Positions 10,010 through 19,239 of a DNA stretch of 64,000 nt are shown here, piece by piece (the stretch's first letter is position 1; each line of letters starts with the position of its first letter). The notes beneath the pieces are model-generated. The model was given only the letters and a program-made list of their open reading frames with translations, was not told the DNA's origin and ran no database searches. This DNA comes from an uncultured Lachnospiraceae bacterium (GTDB lineage: Bacteria; Bacillota; Clostridia; Lachnospirales; Lachnospiraceae): positions 139,509 to 203,508 of the forward strand of contig CAKRVA010000003.1 of assembly GCA_934408585.1 (NCBI GenBank). The letters are read 5' to 3'. Made by a program: the position numbers and the translations under genes.

Positions 10010-12245
10010 AAATCCACTCGCTCCGATAGCTCTGTGTCCATTCCGGCTGTTCGATACTGTCATCCGGCTGATATTCCATGTCATCGGTCAATTCCATACC
10101 AATTTTCTTTCTCCATTCCGAATCGGTCAAACGCTCTGATATCGGCTGTTCAAACTGGTAATAGGTAAATACACCACCTTTTGCAATTCGAAGTTTTCCA
10201 TCAATTGGAACAATGACATAAATATCGGAAACGCCTCCGATTGCCTCCTCAAGTACTGATCCGTTAGGGTCGGTTGCCACATCTACAACGAGTGCGGCAG
10301 GAAATTCCTGACTGGAAATGGATTCTGCATCATCTGCCTGGCTTCTGATTGCAGCTTCCCAGAAATGCTCAATATTTCCACCATAAGTACGAATCAATTC
10401 ATAATCGTCATCGGTAACCTCCTGTCCAGTAAGTTCCTTAATGGAAATATCCATCAGACGGTCTGCAAGCTCACTCAGTTTTGCGAGATTTTCGATGTCA
10501 TCATCACTGATGATACCGTACTGTTCCAATCCCTGTGACGTTTTCTTTGCCAATGCACTCAAACGATAGTACAATTCCGGCTGCGGTTCCACGTAACCAC
10601 GATCATCAATTTCTTCATCGCCACCACCCATCTCAGCCATAAACTGCTTGGAATAGAGAACTGTATCATGCTTCAGTTCTGTCCAGCTTCCCAAAAAGCC
10701 CTCGAGATTCTTCTTATTCCATTCTGTATTCTGCATGAAAGAGGGATATCCTTCTCCCTTCTCCTCCAAAAGCGGCTGTAACGTATAGAGCCAATCCGAA
10801 TAAAGGCTTGCACTCCAAAAAGCGGCAGGTGCCTTCTGAATCTGTTCCCTGACTGCATCCATATTCTGTTCATAGCCTTCAAAATAGAAGTTTCCGTCAT
10901 CTTCCAGAATCTGCAATGCCGTATCCGAACCCATTGCTGCCGGTACGTCAAGTGCATCCGGAAGCATACGCTGAGAGCCATCCGGTGCAGCCTCTACCTT
11001 ACTGTAGCAAAGCTGGGTAAATACAGCAGCATCCAAAGAATAACGCTGTCCCATAAACCGGTATCCCTTTGCCTCTTCGGTCTTATCTGTTTTTCCTTCA
11101 TCATCCGGAAATACAACAGAATTGATTGCAGGCGGGTCTAGTTCGGCAGTAAGCTGCTGATACTTTTCAAATGGTGTAACATTTCCGATTAAATCAATCA
11201 AATCTACATCTTCGCCATAAGCCTCGCGAATCAACGGAGCATATTCTTCATATCCGGCGTCATCACTTGCGCCTGCAAAAAATGAGGTAATTGAGTATAC
11301 GGCTTCCCAGCTTTTTTTTGCGTCTCCTTCAAGCGCCATGGTCATCAACAGTGCTGCCCGATTGGTGGTTTCGGTATTTTGCGCAAAGTTACATCTTCCA
11401 TACCACATCATCGTACGGAAATATTTTTCCAACAGTTCGTTTCCTTCATAATAGCCACGTGGTTTATACTGGGAATAATCTTCCATACCACCCATAAGCG
11501 GAGAAATTTCAACGCCTTGGGCATCATAGATAAGCTGAATTTCTTCCTGTGCTTTTTCCTGCAATTCTGCAGGAACTCCGGTCACTTCCTCACCCATAAG
11601 AGAGGCTCCTACCGTGAAAAACACAACATTCATAGCTGCCGCATCTTCCCACTCTGTTCCAATGAGCTGTTCATGCTGGACAAGCGCTTCATCTACCATC
11701 TGCATGCTCAACGTGTCCACCAGTGCTGCCAGATATTCAAGCTCTGTATTTTTCTGTAACATGGAAAAATACAAATGATAGGTATGCATCATAGAATCGG
11801 TTGTAATAAAGCTTGGGCATTGCAAATACCGGTTTGATTCGTACAAATCAAAAAATTCACTCCAGCTACCGTTTTCAACTAAAAATAAATTTTCCCCCAG
11901 CTTTTCTTTCATATGATCCTGGAAATAAAACCGGTCCATATTTTCTACGTTTGAGAAATCTTCCTCCACCGTATAAGAAGGAACTGATGGTATGTACTCC
12001 GGCATTCCGTCAATGACCTCTGCCGGTTCTTCTTCCGGTACTTCCGTTTCCGGTTCCTCCGCTTGCGGAGTCGGCTCCACTACCGGTTCTTCCACCGGCT
12101 GTTCCGTCTCTTCCAGCGTTCCGTTTACAATTTGATTTTTTGCCATTTCTGCAATTTTTCCTACGGAAGAGCATCCTGCAAGTCCGGTGATTACCATGGA
12201 ACAAATTAGTGCAACCGCAACATTACGTTTCTGTTTGTAATTCAT
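10002..12245 (-). CDS. large secreted lipoprotein, DUF3160-like
   Basis: Lipobox ITGLAGCSS, acidic Pro/Glu-rich linker, and a body of about 650 aa. The DUF3160 assignment is from memory of the family and was not searched. Confidence 0.55.
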   Translation of the reverse strand: MNYKQKRNVAVALICSMVITGLAGCSSVGKIAEMAKNQIVNGTLEETEQPVEEPVVEPTPQAEEPETEVPEEEPAEVIDGMPEYIPSVPSYTVEEDFSNVENMDRFYFQDHMKEKLGENLFLVENGSWSEFFDLYESNRYLQCPSFITTDSMMHTYHLYFSMLQKNTELEYLAALVDTLSMQMVDEALVQHEQLIGTEWEDAAAMNVVFFTVGASLMGEEVTGVPAELQEKAQEEIQLIYDAQGVEISPLMGGMEDYSQYKPRGYYEGNELLEKYFRTMMWYGRCNFAQNTETTNRAALLMTMALEGDAKKSWEAVYSITSFFAGASDDAGYEEYAPLIREAYGEDVDLIDLIGNVTPFEKYQQLTAELDPPAINSVVFPDDEGKTDKTEEAKGYRFMGQRYSLDAAVFTQLCYSKVEAAPDGSQRMLPDALDVPAAMGSDTALQILEDDGNFYFEGYEQNMDAVREQIQKAPAAFWSASLYSDWLYTLQPLLEEKGEGYPSFMQNTEWNKKNLEGFLGSWTELKHDTVLYSKQFMAEMGGGDEEIDDRGYVEPQPELYYRLSALAKKTSQGLEQYGIISDDDIENLAKLSELADRLMDISIKELTGQEVTDDDYELIRTYGGNIEHFWEAAIRSQADDAESISSQEFPAALVVDVATDPNGSVLEEAIGGVSDIYVIVPIDGKLRIAKGGVFTYYQFEQPISERLTDSEWRKKIGMELTDDMEYQPDDSIEQPEWTQSYRSEWIYE

Positions 12246-12294
12246 ATTTTTTCCCCTTTCCAGATAATTCCGTTTAGGAAATTTTCATACCCAA

Positions 12295-12549
12295 TTAAAA
12301 ATGAAATGGAAATCTTTTCTTCTTCTCGTATTCTTCCTGTTCCATTGACAACACTTTATATCCGGTTTCTTCAATTGCTTTCTTTAACTGTTCTTCGTCA
12401 ATTTCTTCTTCGGTCAAAATCACACATTCTCCTGTTTTATGTGAGGAAGTTACTTTTGACACCTTGAAATTCTTACGCACTTCATCATTTACATGTGATT
12501 CACACATGCCACACATCATTCCGTCAATTTTTACTGTAATTTTTTTCAT
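12295..12549 (-). CDS. heavy-metal-associated (HMA) domain protein, CopZ-like
   Basis: 84 aa with the GMMCGMCESHV metal-binding motif. Confidence 0.8.
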   Translation of the reverse strand: MKKITVKIDGMMCGMCESHVNDEVRKNFKVSKVTSSHKTGECVILTEEEIDEEQLKKAIEETGYKVLSMEQEEYEKKKRFPFHF

Positions 12550-12602
12550 TGTTTTTTCCTCCTGTTATCATTATTTGTTTCTGTATGTTTTTATATTCTC
12601 TT

Positions 12603-13613
12603 TTATGCAAATTGGAAAATACAATATCCCACATATAACAAAAGCAGCAAAATTCCCTGCACACGATAAAGCTTTCCTTTTACCAGCGGTGGTATTGTCA
12701 TAATCAGCATCACAAGGAACATTAGTGGAAGGTCTACTACAAAGGATGCGTTCATTCCGCCAATGGTCTTTTCGGCTGGCACCTGGAATGGTGCTAATGT
12801 CACAGATACACCACTCACCAGAACAAGGTTAAAAAGGTTCGCACCAATAATATTTCCAAGGGAAAGTGCGCCATGTCCTTTTGCAAGGGAGGTGATTGCC
12901 GTTACAAGTTCCGGCAGCGATGTGCCGAGTGCCACCAGCGTAAGAGCAATTACAGATTCCGGCACTCCCAGTTCCGTTGCAAGAATCGTTCCATTATCTA
13001 CGAGGAGATTCGCTCCAACCGTAATTAATGCGGCTCCTACAATCAGCAGGATAATATCTTTTACCAGTGAGTTATTTTCTTCTGTGGAAGCCTGCTCCAT
13101 CTGTGCTGCCTGCAATGTATTTTCTTCTTCAACAACTGCTGTTCCCTGCTTGTTTCCCTTTACGGCAAGTGCCTGCTTTACCTGTATAATCATGTAAGCC
13201 ACAAAACCTGCAAGCAACAGAATACCGGTTACTCTGGAAAAATAGCCTGTCGTATACGCCGTTATTGCATAGAACAATGCTGCTGCAAAGAAAAATGCTA
13301 CCGGCATACGCAGGGATTTCTTTTCCACCGGAGCCGGCTTAATAGCAATCGTCAAAGCTGCAATCAAAGAAGTATTGCAGATTACAGAGCCAATTGCATT
13401 TCCATATGCCATTGCTCCCTGCCCACCAACTGCGGATGTGGCGGATACCATAACCTCCGGCAATGTCGTTCCAATCGAAACCACGGTTGCTCCAATCAGC
13501 AGGTCCGGAACATGGAAACGATGTGCAATTCCCGTAGCTCCATCAACAAACCAGTCGCCACCTTTTATTAATAAAATCAAACCAACAATAAACAATAAAA
13601 TTGGAATAAGCAT
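12603..13613 (-). CDS. sodium/calcium exchanger family (CaCA, YrbG-like) antiporter
   Basis: Two internal repeats, each with GTTLPE/GTSLPEL alpha-repeat motifs, about 10 TM. Confidence 0.85.
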   Translation of the reverse strand: MLIPILLFIVGLILLIKGGDWFVDGATGIAHRFHVPDLLIGATVVSIGTTLPEVMVSATSAVGGQGAMAYGNAIGSVICNTSLIAALTIAIKPAPVEKKSLRMPVAFFFAAALFYAITAYTTGYFSRVTGILLLAGFVAYMIIQVKQALAVKGNKQGTAVVEEENTLQAAQMEQASTEENNSLVKDIILLIVGAALITVGANLLVDNGTILATELGVPESVIALTLVALGTSLPELVTAITSLAKGHGALSLGNIIGANLFNLVLVSGVSVTLAPFQVPAEKTIGGMNASFVVDLPLMFLVMLIMTIPPLVKGKLYRVQGILLLLLYVGYCIFQFA

Positions 13614-13680
13614 TGTCCTTACCTCTTTCTTTCGTATTTCGACGAAATTATATCACAAAAAAACGGATTTGAACAACCAT

Positions 13681-15165
13681 TTATGCATCGGATCTGGCAT
13701 ATGCATTTTTCATCTGATTGCTCAGTTCATAAAGCACTTTATCCAGTGTATCCGCCGCTGCCTTTTTTAGCATTTGCGAAATTTTATCATTTGCCTGATG
13801 CCTCAATTCCAATCGTTTTGACGCGTCTGTTTCCTTTTCCATCATGGCATCATATTGGTTCAGATACGCATGTCCCTTTGCCATAACATTTTCCTGATAC
13901 CGTTCGACATGGAACAGCGATTTTCCATAAGATGCATCTGCCAATGCCGCTATCATACGGCTGACCCAGTAAAAATTCTCCGTAGATACTTCTTTTGTTG
14001 TATTTGAAAGATATTCCGGTGTCCGCTCAATGTCTGCATAAAACGGAACGAGTGTATTTAATGCATTGGATGCAAACGCGACCCATTCAATCACGCGGAA
14101 ATCCTCTCCCCGATCCGGTCTCATCTGAATGACGGAAACAAAATCATTCCGGTTCACGCCAATAGAGCGGTATGCCCCTTTCCATGATTTATCTCCATAA
14201 GTGGCATAGGGGTCATACGGTGTTCCCTGATAGTGCGAAGACAGCACATATTTGATATCTTCTACGGTTATTTTCTTTTCCGGTACCATGCACCATGGCA
14301 GGTCATCCGAGGCTGGCGTGTAATCTGCCTGCGGGCCATCCCATATTTTTGTATGTGGGTTAAAGTAACGCAGCATATACCAGGCGCGCGGGGTATTGTA
14401 AACATGGTCGGCATCGTCATGACTTCCAAATGAATCCCGCGGATTCCACGTTTTCGTCATCGACAGGTTCAAATGATATTTCTGGAGAAACTCCCGCAAA
14501 TCCCCGGAGCATATATTTTCACGCTGCTCGGAAAAAGCATCTTCCAGGTCAAATTCGTCCATACCAAATTGATTGGGCATGACCACATAACTGTCATCGG
14601 GCACTTTTCGTGCAATAAAATGATGACCTCCTATGGTTTCCAGCCACCAAATTTCATTTACATCCTGAAATGCAATTCCATTCATTTCATAGGTTCCGTA
14701 TTTTTCCAGCAATTCTCCCAATCGAAGTACTCCCTCACGCGCACTTCGAATATAAGGCAACACCAGATAAACAATATCCTCTTCTCCAATTCCTCCCGGA
14801 ATCTCTTCACTTTCCTCCGTTGCCGGCTGATATTCCACCAATGGATCTGCTCCAAGCACACGTGGATTGGAAGTAATCGTTTCTGTTGCAGTCATGGCAA
14901 CGTTTGCTTCATTCACGCCACTCGCTGCCCAGATGCCTTCTCCTTTCAGGGCATTTGGCATGGATGTATATCGCATGGGATTCTCTGGCAGTTCTACTTT
15001 TACGTGGGAGAGAACTGATTGATATGTTTTTTGCTGTTCTTCGGGTGGAACGACCACAAATTTTTTCGGTGTAAAATGACCTGATCCCGAATCGTCATTT
15101 CTTGCAATCATGGTAGAGCCATCGTAGGATGCATGTTTTCCTACTAAAATAGTTGTACAAGGCAT
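13681..15165 (-). CDS. C69-family dipeptidase
   Basis: MPCTTILVGKHASYDGSTMIARNDDS gives an N-terminal nucleophile Cys directly after Met. Start moved to the ATG at 15165 behind AAGGAG. Confidence 0.85.
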   Translation of the reverse strand: MPCTTILVGKHASYDGSTMIARNDDSGSGHFTPKKFVVVPPEEQQKTYQSVLSHVKVELPENPMRYTSMPNALKGEGIWAASGVNEANVAMTATETITSNPRVLGADPLVEYQPATEESEEIPGGIGEEDIVYLVLPYIRSAREGVLRLGELLEKYGTYEMNGIAFQDVNEIWWLETIGGHHFIARKVPDDSYVVMPNQFGMDEFDLEDAFSEQRENICSGDLREFLQKYHLNLSMTKTWNPRDSFGSHDDADHVYNTPRAWYMLRYFNPHTKIWDGPQADYTPASDDLPWCMVPEKKITVEDIKYVLSSHYQGTPYDPYATYGDKSWKGAYRSIGVNRNDFVSVIQMRPDRGEDFRVIEWVAFASNALNTLVPFYADIERTPEYLSNTTKEVSTENFYWVSRMIAALADASYGKSLFHVERYQENVMAKGHAYLNQYDAMMEKETDASKRLELRHQANDKISQMLKKAAADTLDKVLYELSNQMKNAYARSDA

Positions 15166-15194
15166 ATATGTTTTCTCCTTACAATTTCTGATAT

Positions 15195-15414
15195 AGATAG
15201 ACATTTGCGAAGCTCAAATAATATGGGAATATGCAGGCAATATTTCTGCGAAAAGACTTCATATGCTACGGAGATGAGACTCATAAAAACGTGGAAGCCT
15301 TTGCTGAACACGTTTTTAATCTCTGAGGCTCATTGAAGTGCCTGGCATATGGGACTTGAGAATAAATATTGCCTGCATATTCCAAAGGCGTTTCAGTTTC
15401 GCAAATGTCTATCT
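15195..15414. repeat. nested imperfect inverted repeat of about 220 bp (long rod-like hairpin potential)
   Basis: Outer arms 15195-15211 and 15398-15414 are 17/17 complementary. Inner arms 15226-15245 and 15364-15383 are 20/20. Further pairing includes CATATGC, ATGAGnCTCA and AAAAACGTG/CACGTTTTT around a 15-nt apical loop (15294-15308). Confidence 0.85.
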
Positions 15415-15482
15415 GATGTATACAATAATAACCGAACGTAATGTCCGGTTATTATTATATGCAATCTTTTTTAAATCATCTA

Positions 15483-16121
15483 TTAAATTCTGGAATATCC
15501 ATATCCATTTGCAAAAGCATCAATGTGTTTGCCTTCCTTGCAGAGCGTACAGCCTTCCGGACTGTATGCTTTGTAATCAGGAATATCCGAAATGTGGAAC
15601 AGAGATTTTATCGGAACTCCGCCCATGCTGTTAATTGCGCTGAAAATTGCGCCGATTCCACTTATTTTTGCACCATAATAAGTAAGTGCCTGCGTTGCCT
15701 TTACGATAGTCTGTCCTGTTGTTGCCGAAGCCATAAGAAGCAACACATTTTTGTCCCGAAGCATTGGAATAAAGTTTTCACGGAACAAAAGCTGTCCGGA
15801 ATTAATGTATTCGGGTGTAATGATGTAAATGGTCTTATGTGCATTCATGGATAATACGCCGGCACGTGTCAGTTCCTGTGCCAGATATGCACCGATGATT
15901 TCGCAGCCATCAATACAAACAATCGTATCCACTACGGTATCGGTGGATATCTGCTTTGCCAGTTCTTCCGCTGCCGCAGATGCTTCACTTAATCTGGACT
16001 TCAACGTTGTCATATCCAGGAAATAGTTTACATGTGAATTCGGTGTTACAAAATGTCCCGGAATTGCTTTCAAAACCACATTTGGATTTGCTTTTGACAA
16101 TATCTTAACTACTTTCTCCAT
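15483..16121 (-). CDS. phosphoribosyltransferase-family protein (PRTase fold, unknown substrate)
   Basis: PRPP-loop-like VLLLMASATTGQT. Start moved to the ATG at 16121 behind AAGGAGGG. Confidence 0.6.
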   Translation of the reverse strand: MEKVVKILSKANPNVVLKAIPGHFVTPNSHVNYFLDMTTLKSRLSEASAAAEELAKQISTDTVVDTIVCIDGCEIIGAYLAQELTRAGVLSMNAHKTIYIITPEYINSGQLLFRENFIPMLRDKNVLLLMASATTGQTIVKATQALTYYGAKISGIGAIFSAINSMGGVPIKSLFHISDIPDYKAYSPEGCTLCKEGKHIDAFANGYGYSRI

Positions 16122-16262
16122 ATGCGCCCTCCTTATGTCTAACCCCATTAAATTGTGTGACAAAAACTCTATTTATATCTTAATTCATTGTACAATTTAA
16201 TGCAATATTTTTTATTGTAAAATTTTTCAGAGGTCTTTCTTTTGGAGAAAATGCATCTTATC

Positions 16263-16436
16263 TTACGAAATTAGTGAATACTGCATCCATTCATATTTCA
16301 GGTGGCTGCCTTCACAAATTTCTGCCGGAAGCAGTGCTCTTGCCACCAGCTTTAAATCCTCAGATTCTATATCTGTACGTTTCAGATTTGCATAATCGCC
16401 ATCAATGCGAACCACTTCATAATACCATGTTTCCAT
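16263..16436 (-). CDS. possible small DUF3006-like protein (57 aa), below the ORF-track cut-off
   Basis: My translation: METWYYEVVRIDGDYANLKRTDIESEDLKLVARALLPAEICEGSHLKYEWMQYSLIS. The start overlaps the last codons of the amidohydrolase gene. The RBS is weak. Confidence 0.35.
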   Translation of the reverse strand: METWYYEVVRIDGDYANLKRTDIESEDLKLVARALLPAEICEGSHLKYEWMQYSLIS

Positions 16437-17745
16437 TGTCGTTCAGTATCTCCTCTATGTTTTCATTCAAAAACAAATCCAGTTCTTTATCTACTACTTC
16501 TTTTCTTTTCGGATTTGGATTTTTGATTTCTTTTCCTCTGCAAATCACCCGCTCAACAGTTCGAAGATTTGTCAGGCTCTCCAATGGATTTCCTTTTGTT
16601 ACAATCATATCGGCACATTTTCCCTCTGCAATAGAACCGGTGATATGGTCGATTCCCATTAGTTTTGCATTCTGAAGCGTCGCCGTATATAATGCAAACT
16701 GATTTGTAACTCCGCAATATTTATGGAAGTAAAACAGTTCTCTCCAAAAATCATACTGTGTAATATATGGACATCCCACATCATTGCCAAGTCCAACCGG
16801 AATATCATTTTCGAGTGCTGTCTTCGCTGATTCTATAATTCCTTTAAATACAATCATTCCATTATACTGGTCTTTCTCCGATGCACCGGACACAGCCGGA
16901 TCAAACAACGCATAGGGAAGTGCCGGTGAAATTGTTGTACAAAGAAATGCATTCTTTTCCCGGTACAGCTGGATTGTCTGCTCATCCATCACAGCACCGT
17001 GTTCAATCGAATCCACACCGTTTTCCAATGCCACCTTAACACCTTCCGGAGATTCGGTATGTGCTGCTACACGATATCCTAATTTGTGAGCTTCTTCACA
17101 GACCGCCCTTACCATAGCCGGTGACATTTTGAGTTCTCCCGGTGTTCCTTTTTCCTTGGCGTCCATAACGCCTCCGGTAATCATAAGCTTAATCCAGTCT
17201 ACTTTCTGCTCTTTTGCTTTATGAACCTGTGCCAAAGCCATCTCCACATTTTCTGCCGCGATTGCAACAGAACCTGCCATATGACCTCCCGGTACTGAAA
17301 TTCCCTCATTTGACGCTAAAATTCTTGGACCTTCCAGTTTATTTCTGGCAATGTCATCTCTGCAACGTGTGTCAAAACTGCCAAGACCTCCCACTGTCCG
17401 AATCGTAGTCACACCACCCAGAAGCTCCAGCTTGGCATATTTTGAAACGAGCTTATACGCAATTGCCCTGCTGATGCCATTGCTCATAATTTTCCTAACC
17501 ATAGCAGCATTATCTCTTGGTTTTGTACTTGGCTGTCCATTTCCTGCAAGGTGTACATGAAGGTTAATCAAACCGGGCATAATATACTGCCCTTCCAAAT
17601 CCACCTTCTGATATGCTTCATAGTTACTGTCTTCATCAACAATTCCCGTAATTGTTTCCCCATCAACCAGAATTACTTTATGCGTAACCGGTTCCATATC
17701 CTTTGTTCCATCCAGAATAACTCCATTGACATATGCTTTCTTCAT
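16417..17745 (-). CDS. amidohydrolase-family metal-dependent hydrolase
   Basis: INLHVHLAG metal-binding motif and the overall amidohydrolase_1 pattern (..AAHTES.., ..IEHG.., ..GNDVG..). Confidence 0.8.
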   Translation of the reverse strand: MKKAYVNGVILDGTKDMEPVTHKVILVDGETITGIVDEDSNYEAYQKVDLEGQYIMPGLINLHVHLAGNGQPSTKPRDNAAMVRKIMSNGISRAIAYKLVSKYAKLELLGGVTTIRTVGGLGSFDTRCRDDIARNKLEGPRILASNEGISVPGGHMAGSVAIAAENVEMALAQVHKAKEQKVDWIKLMITGGVMDAKEKGTPGELKMSPAMVRAVCEEAHKLGYRVAAHTESPEGVKVALENGVDSIEHGAVMDEQTIQLYREKNAFLCTTISPALPYALFDPAVSGASEKDQYNGMIVFKGIIESAKTALENDIPVGLGNDVGCPYITQYDFWRELFYFHKYCGVTNQFALYTATLQNAKLMGIDHITGSIAEGKCADMIVTKGNPLESLTNLRTVERVICRGKEIKNPNPKRKEVVDKELDLFLNENIEEILNDNGNMVL

Positions 17746-17849
17746 TTGTAACCTCCCGCATCTGCTTGTTCGTTATTTTTTCTCTATTTTATCATCAATG
17801 TTTCTGTTTTTAAAGTCACGCTGGAATGTTTTGCATGGAAATCTTCAAC

Positions 17850-19178
17850 TTAATAGTGATACTGCTTTTTCTTCACAAGGAGGAAAAACATCGTTACAAA
17901 CAACGCCATGACTTCTGCTGCCACAATGGAAAACCAGATACCGTCTACGCCCCAAAGTATCGGCAAAACTAAAATTACAATAATCTGAAAGACCAATGTC
18001 CGCAGAAACGAGATAATTGCAGACACCATACCATTATTTAATGCCGTAAAGAAAGAGGAACCCCAAACGTTAATGCCCATTATTAAAAATGCAATGCTGT
18101 AAATCCGGAACCCTCTCACCGTAAGTTCCATAAGTTCTGCATCATAGCTGGTAAAAATTGCAGAAAGCGATCTGGACAAAACCTCTGATGAAATCAGCAA
18201 AAACACTCCTGAAATTACAAGAAATGTCATACTCTTCCGATAAAGGTTGTGCAGTTCGTCATGATTTCCCGCACCATAGTGGTAGCTGACAATAGGTGCA
18301 CTACCAATTGAATATCCCAGGAAAATTGCCATAAACACAATGTTAATATACATAATAACGCCGTATGCTGCGATTCCGTTTTCCCCAGCCAGCTTCATCA
18401 ACTGGAAATTATACAGTACATTGACAACTGATGCTGAAAGATTGGTTACCATTTCAGAAGAACCATTCACACATACTTTTCCCAAAACTGCAAAATCCAT
18501 ATGAAACCTTGTGATTCGCAAAAGACTGTTGTTCTTTTTCATAAAATAAATGGCAGGTGCCAGTCCCCCAATAATCTGTCCGACTGCCGTTGCAATTGCT
18601 GCCCCTGCAAGTCCCAAAGGAAAAACGGCTATCAGCAGGTAGTCTAAAATTCCATTGGCAACTCCTGCCACAATATTAATTACCAGGCTAAGCCCGGGCT
18701 TTTCTGCCGCAACAAAAAAGCTTTGAAATGCAAATTGTAAAATAAAAAACGGCATCGCCACAAAACAAATTCTTGCATATAAGACACAATCTGCAAGCAG
18801 TGCATCCGTTGCTCCCAGAACAATGGCAATTGGTCTTGCAAATATAAATCCAAGTGCTGATACCATTGCACCTACCACCAACGCCACTACAATCAACATC
18901 GAGAAGTACTCATTCGCCAGCTCTTTCTTTCCTTCTCCCATGGTCTTCGATACAATGGCACTTCCACCTGTTCCAATCATAAATCCCAGTGTAGCAACCG
19001 CCATCAGAATCGGCATAATCAGATTCACCGCTGCAAATGGCGTTTTCCCAACATAATTAGATACAAAAAATCCATCTACAATACTGTAAACTGACGTACA
19101 TAGTATCATCAGAATGGACGGTAGTACGAATCTTAATAACCTTTTATAAGTAAAATGATCTGATAATTGTATTTTCAT
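17850..19178 (-). CDS. MATE-family efflux transporter
   Basis: 442 aa, 12 TM, typical MATE N-terminus (LLRFVLPSILMILCTSVYSIVDGFFVSNYVG). Confidence 0.9.
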   Translation of the reverse strand: MKIQLSDHFTYKRLLRFVLPSILMILCTSVYSIVDGFFVSNYVGKTPFAAVNLIMPILMAVATLGFMIGTGGSAIVSKTMGEGKKELANEYFSMLIVVALVVGAMVSALGFIFARPIAIVLGATDALLADCVLYARICFVAMPFFILQFAFQSFFVAAEKPGLSLVINIVAGVANGILDYLLIAVFPLGLAGAAIATAVGQIIGGLAPAIYFMKKNNSLLRITRFHMDFAVLGKVCVNGSSEMVTNLSASVVNVLYNFQLMKLAGENGIAAYGVIMYINIVFMAIFLGYSIGSAPIVSYHYGAGNHDELHNLYRKSMTFLVISGVFLLISSEVLSRSLSAIFTSYDAELMELTVRGFRIYSIAFLIMGINVWGSSFFTALNNGMVSAIISFLRTLVFQIIVILVLPILWGVDGIWFSIVAAEVMALFVTMFFLLVKKKQYHY

Positions 19179-19239
19179 AATATTTCCTCTTTTTCTATTT
19201 TAATTTTCTATTTTCCTGGTTTTGGCTTGTTGTATGCCT

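Noticed and set aside
15195-15414. Confident call as 6S RNA
   Set aside because: The rod-like topology is reminiscent of 6S. However, the 17- and 20-bp perfect helices, the lack of a clear large central bubble and the absence of an identifiable promoter stop me from calling it. It is kept as an open finding instead.
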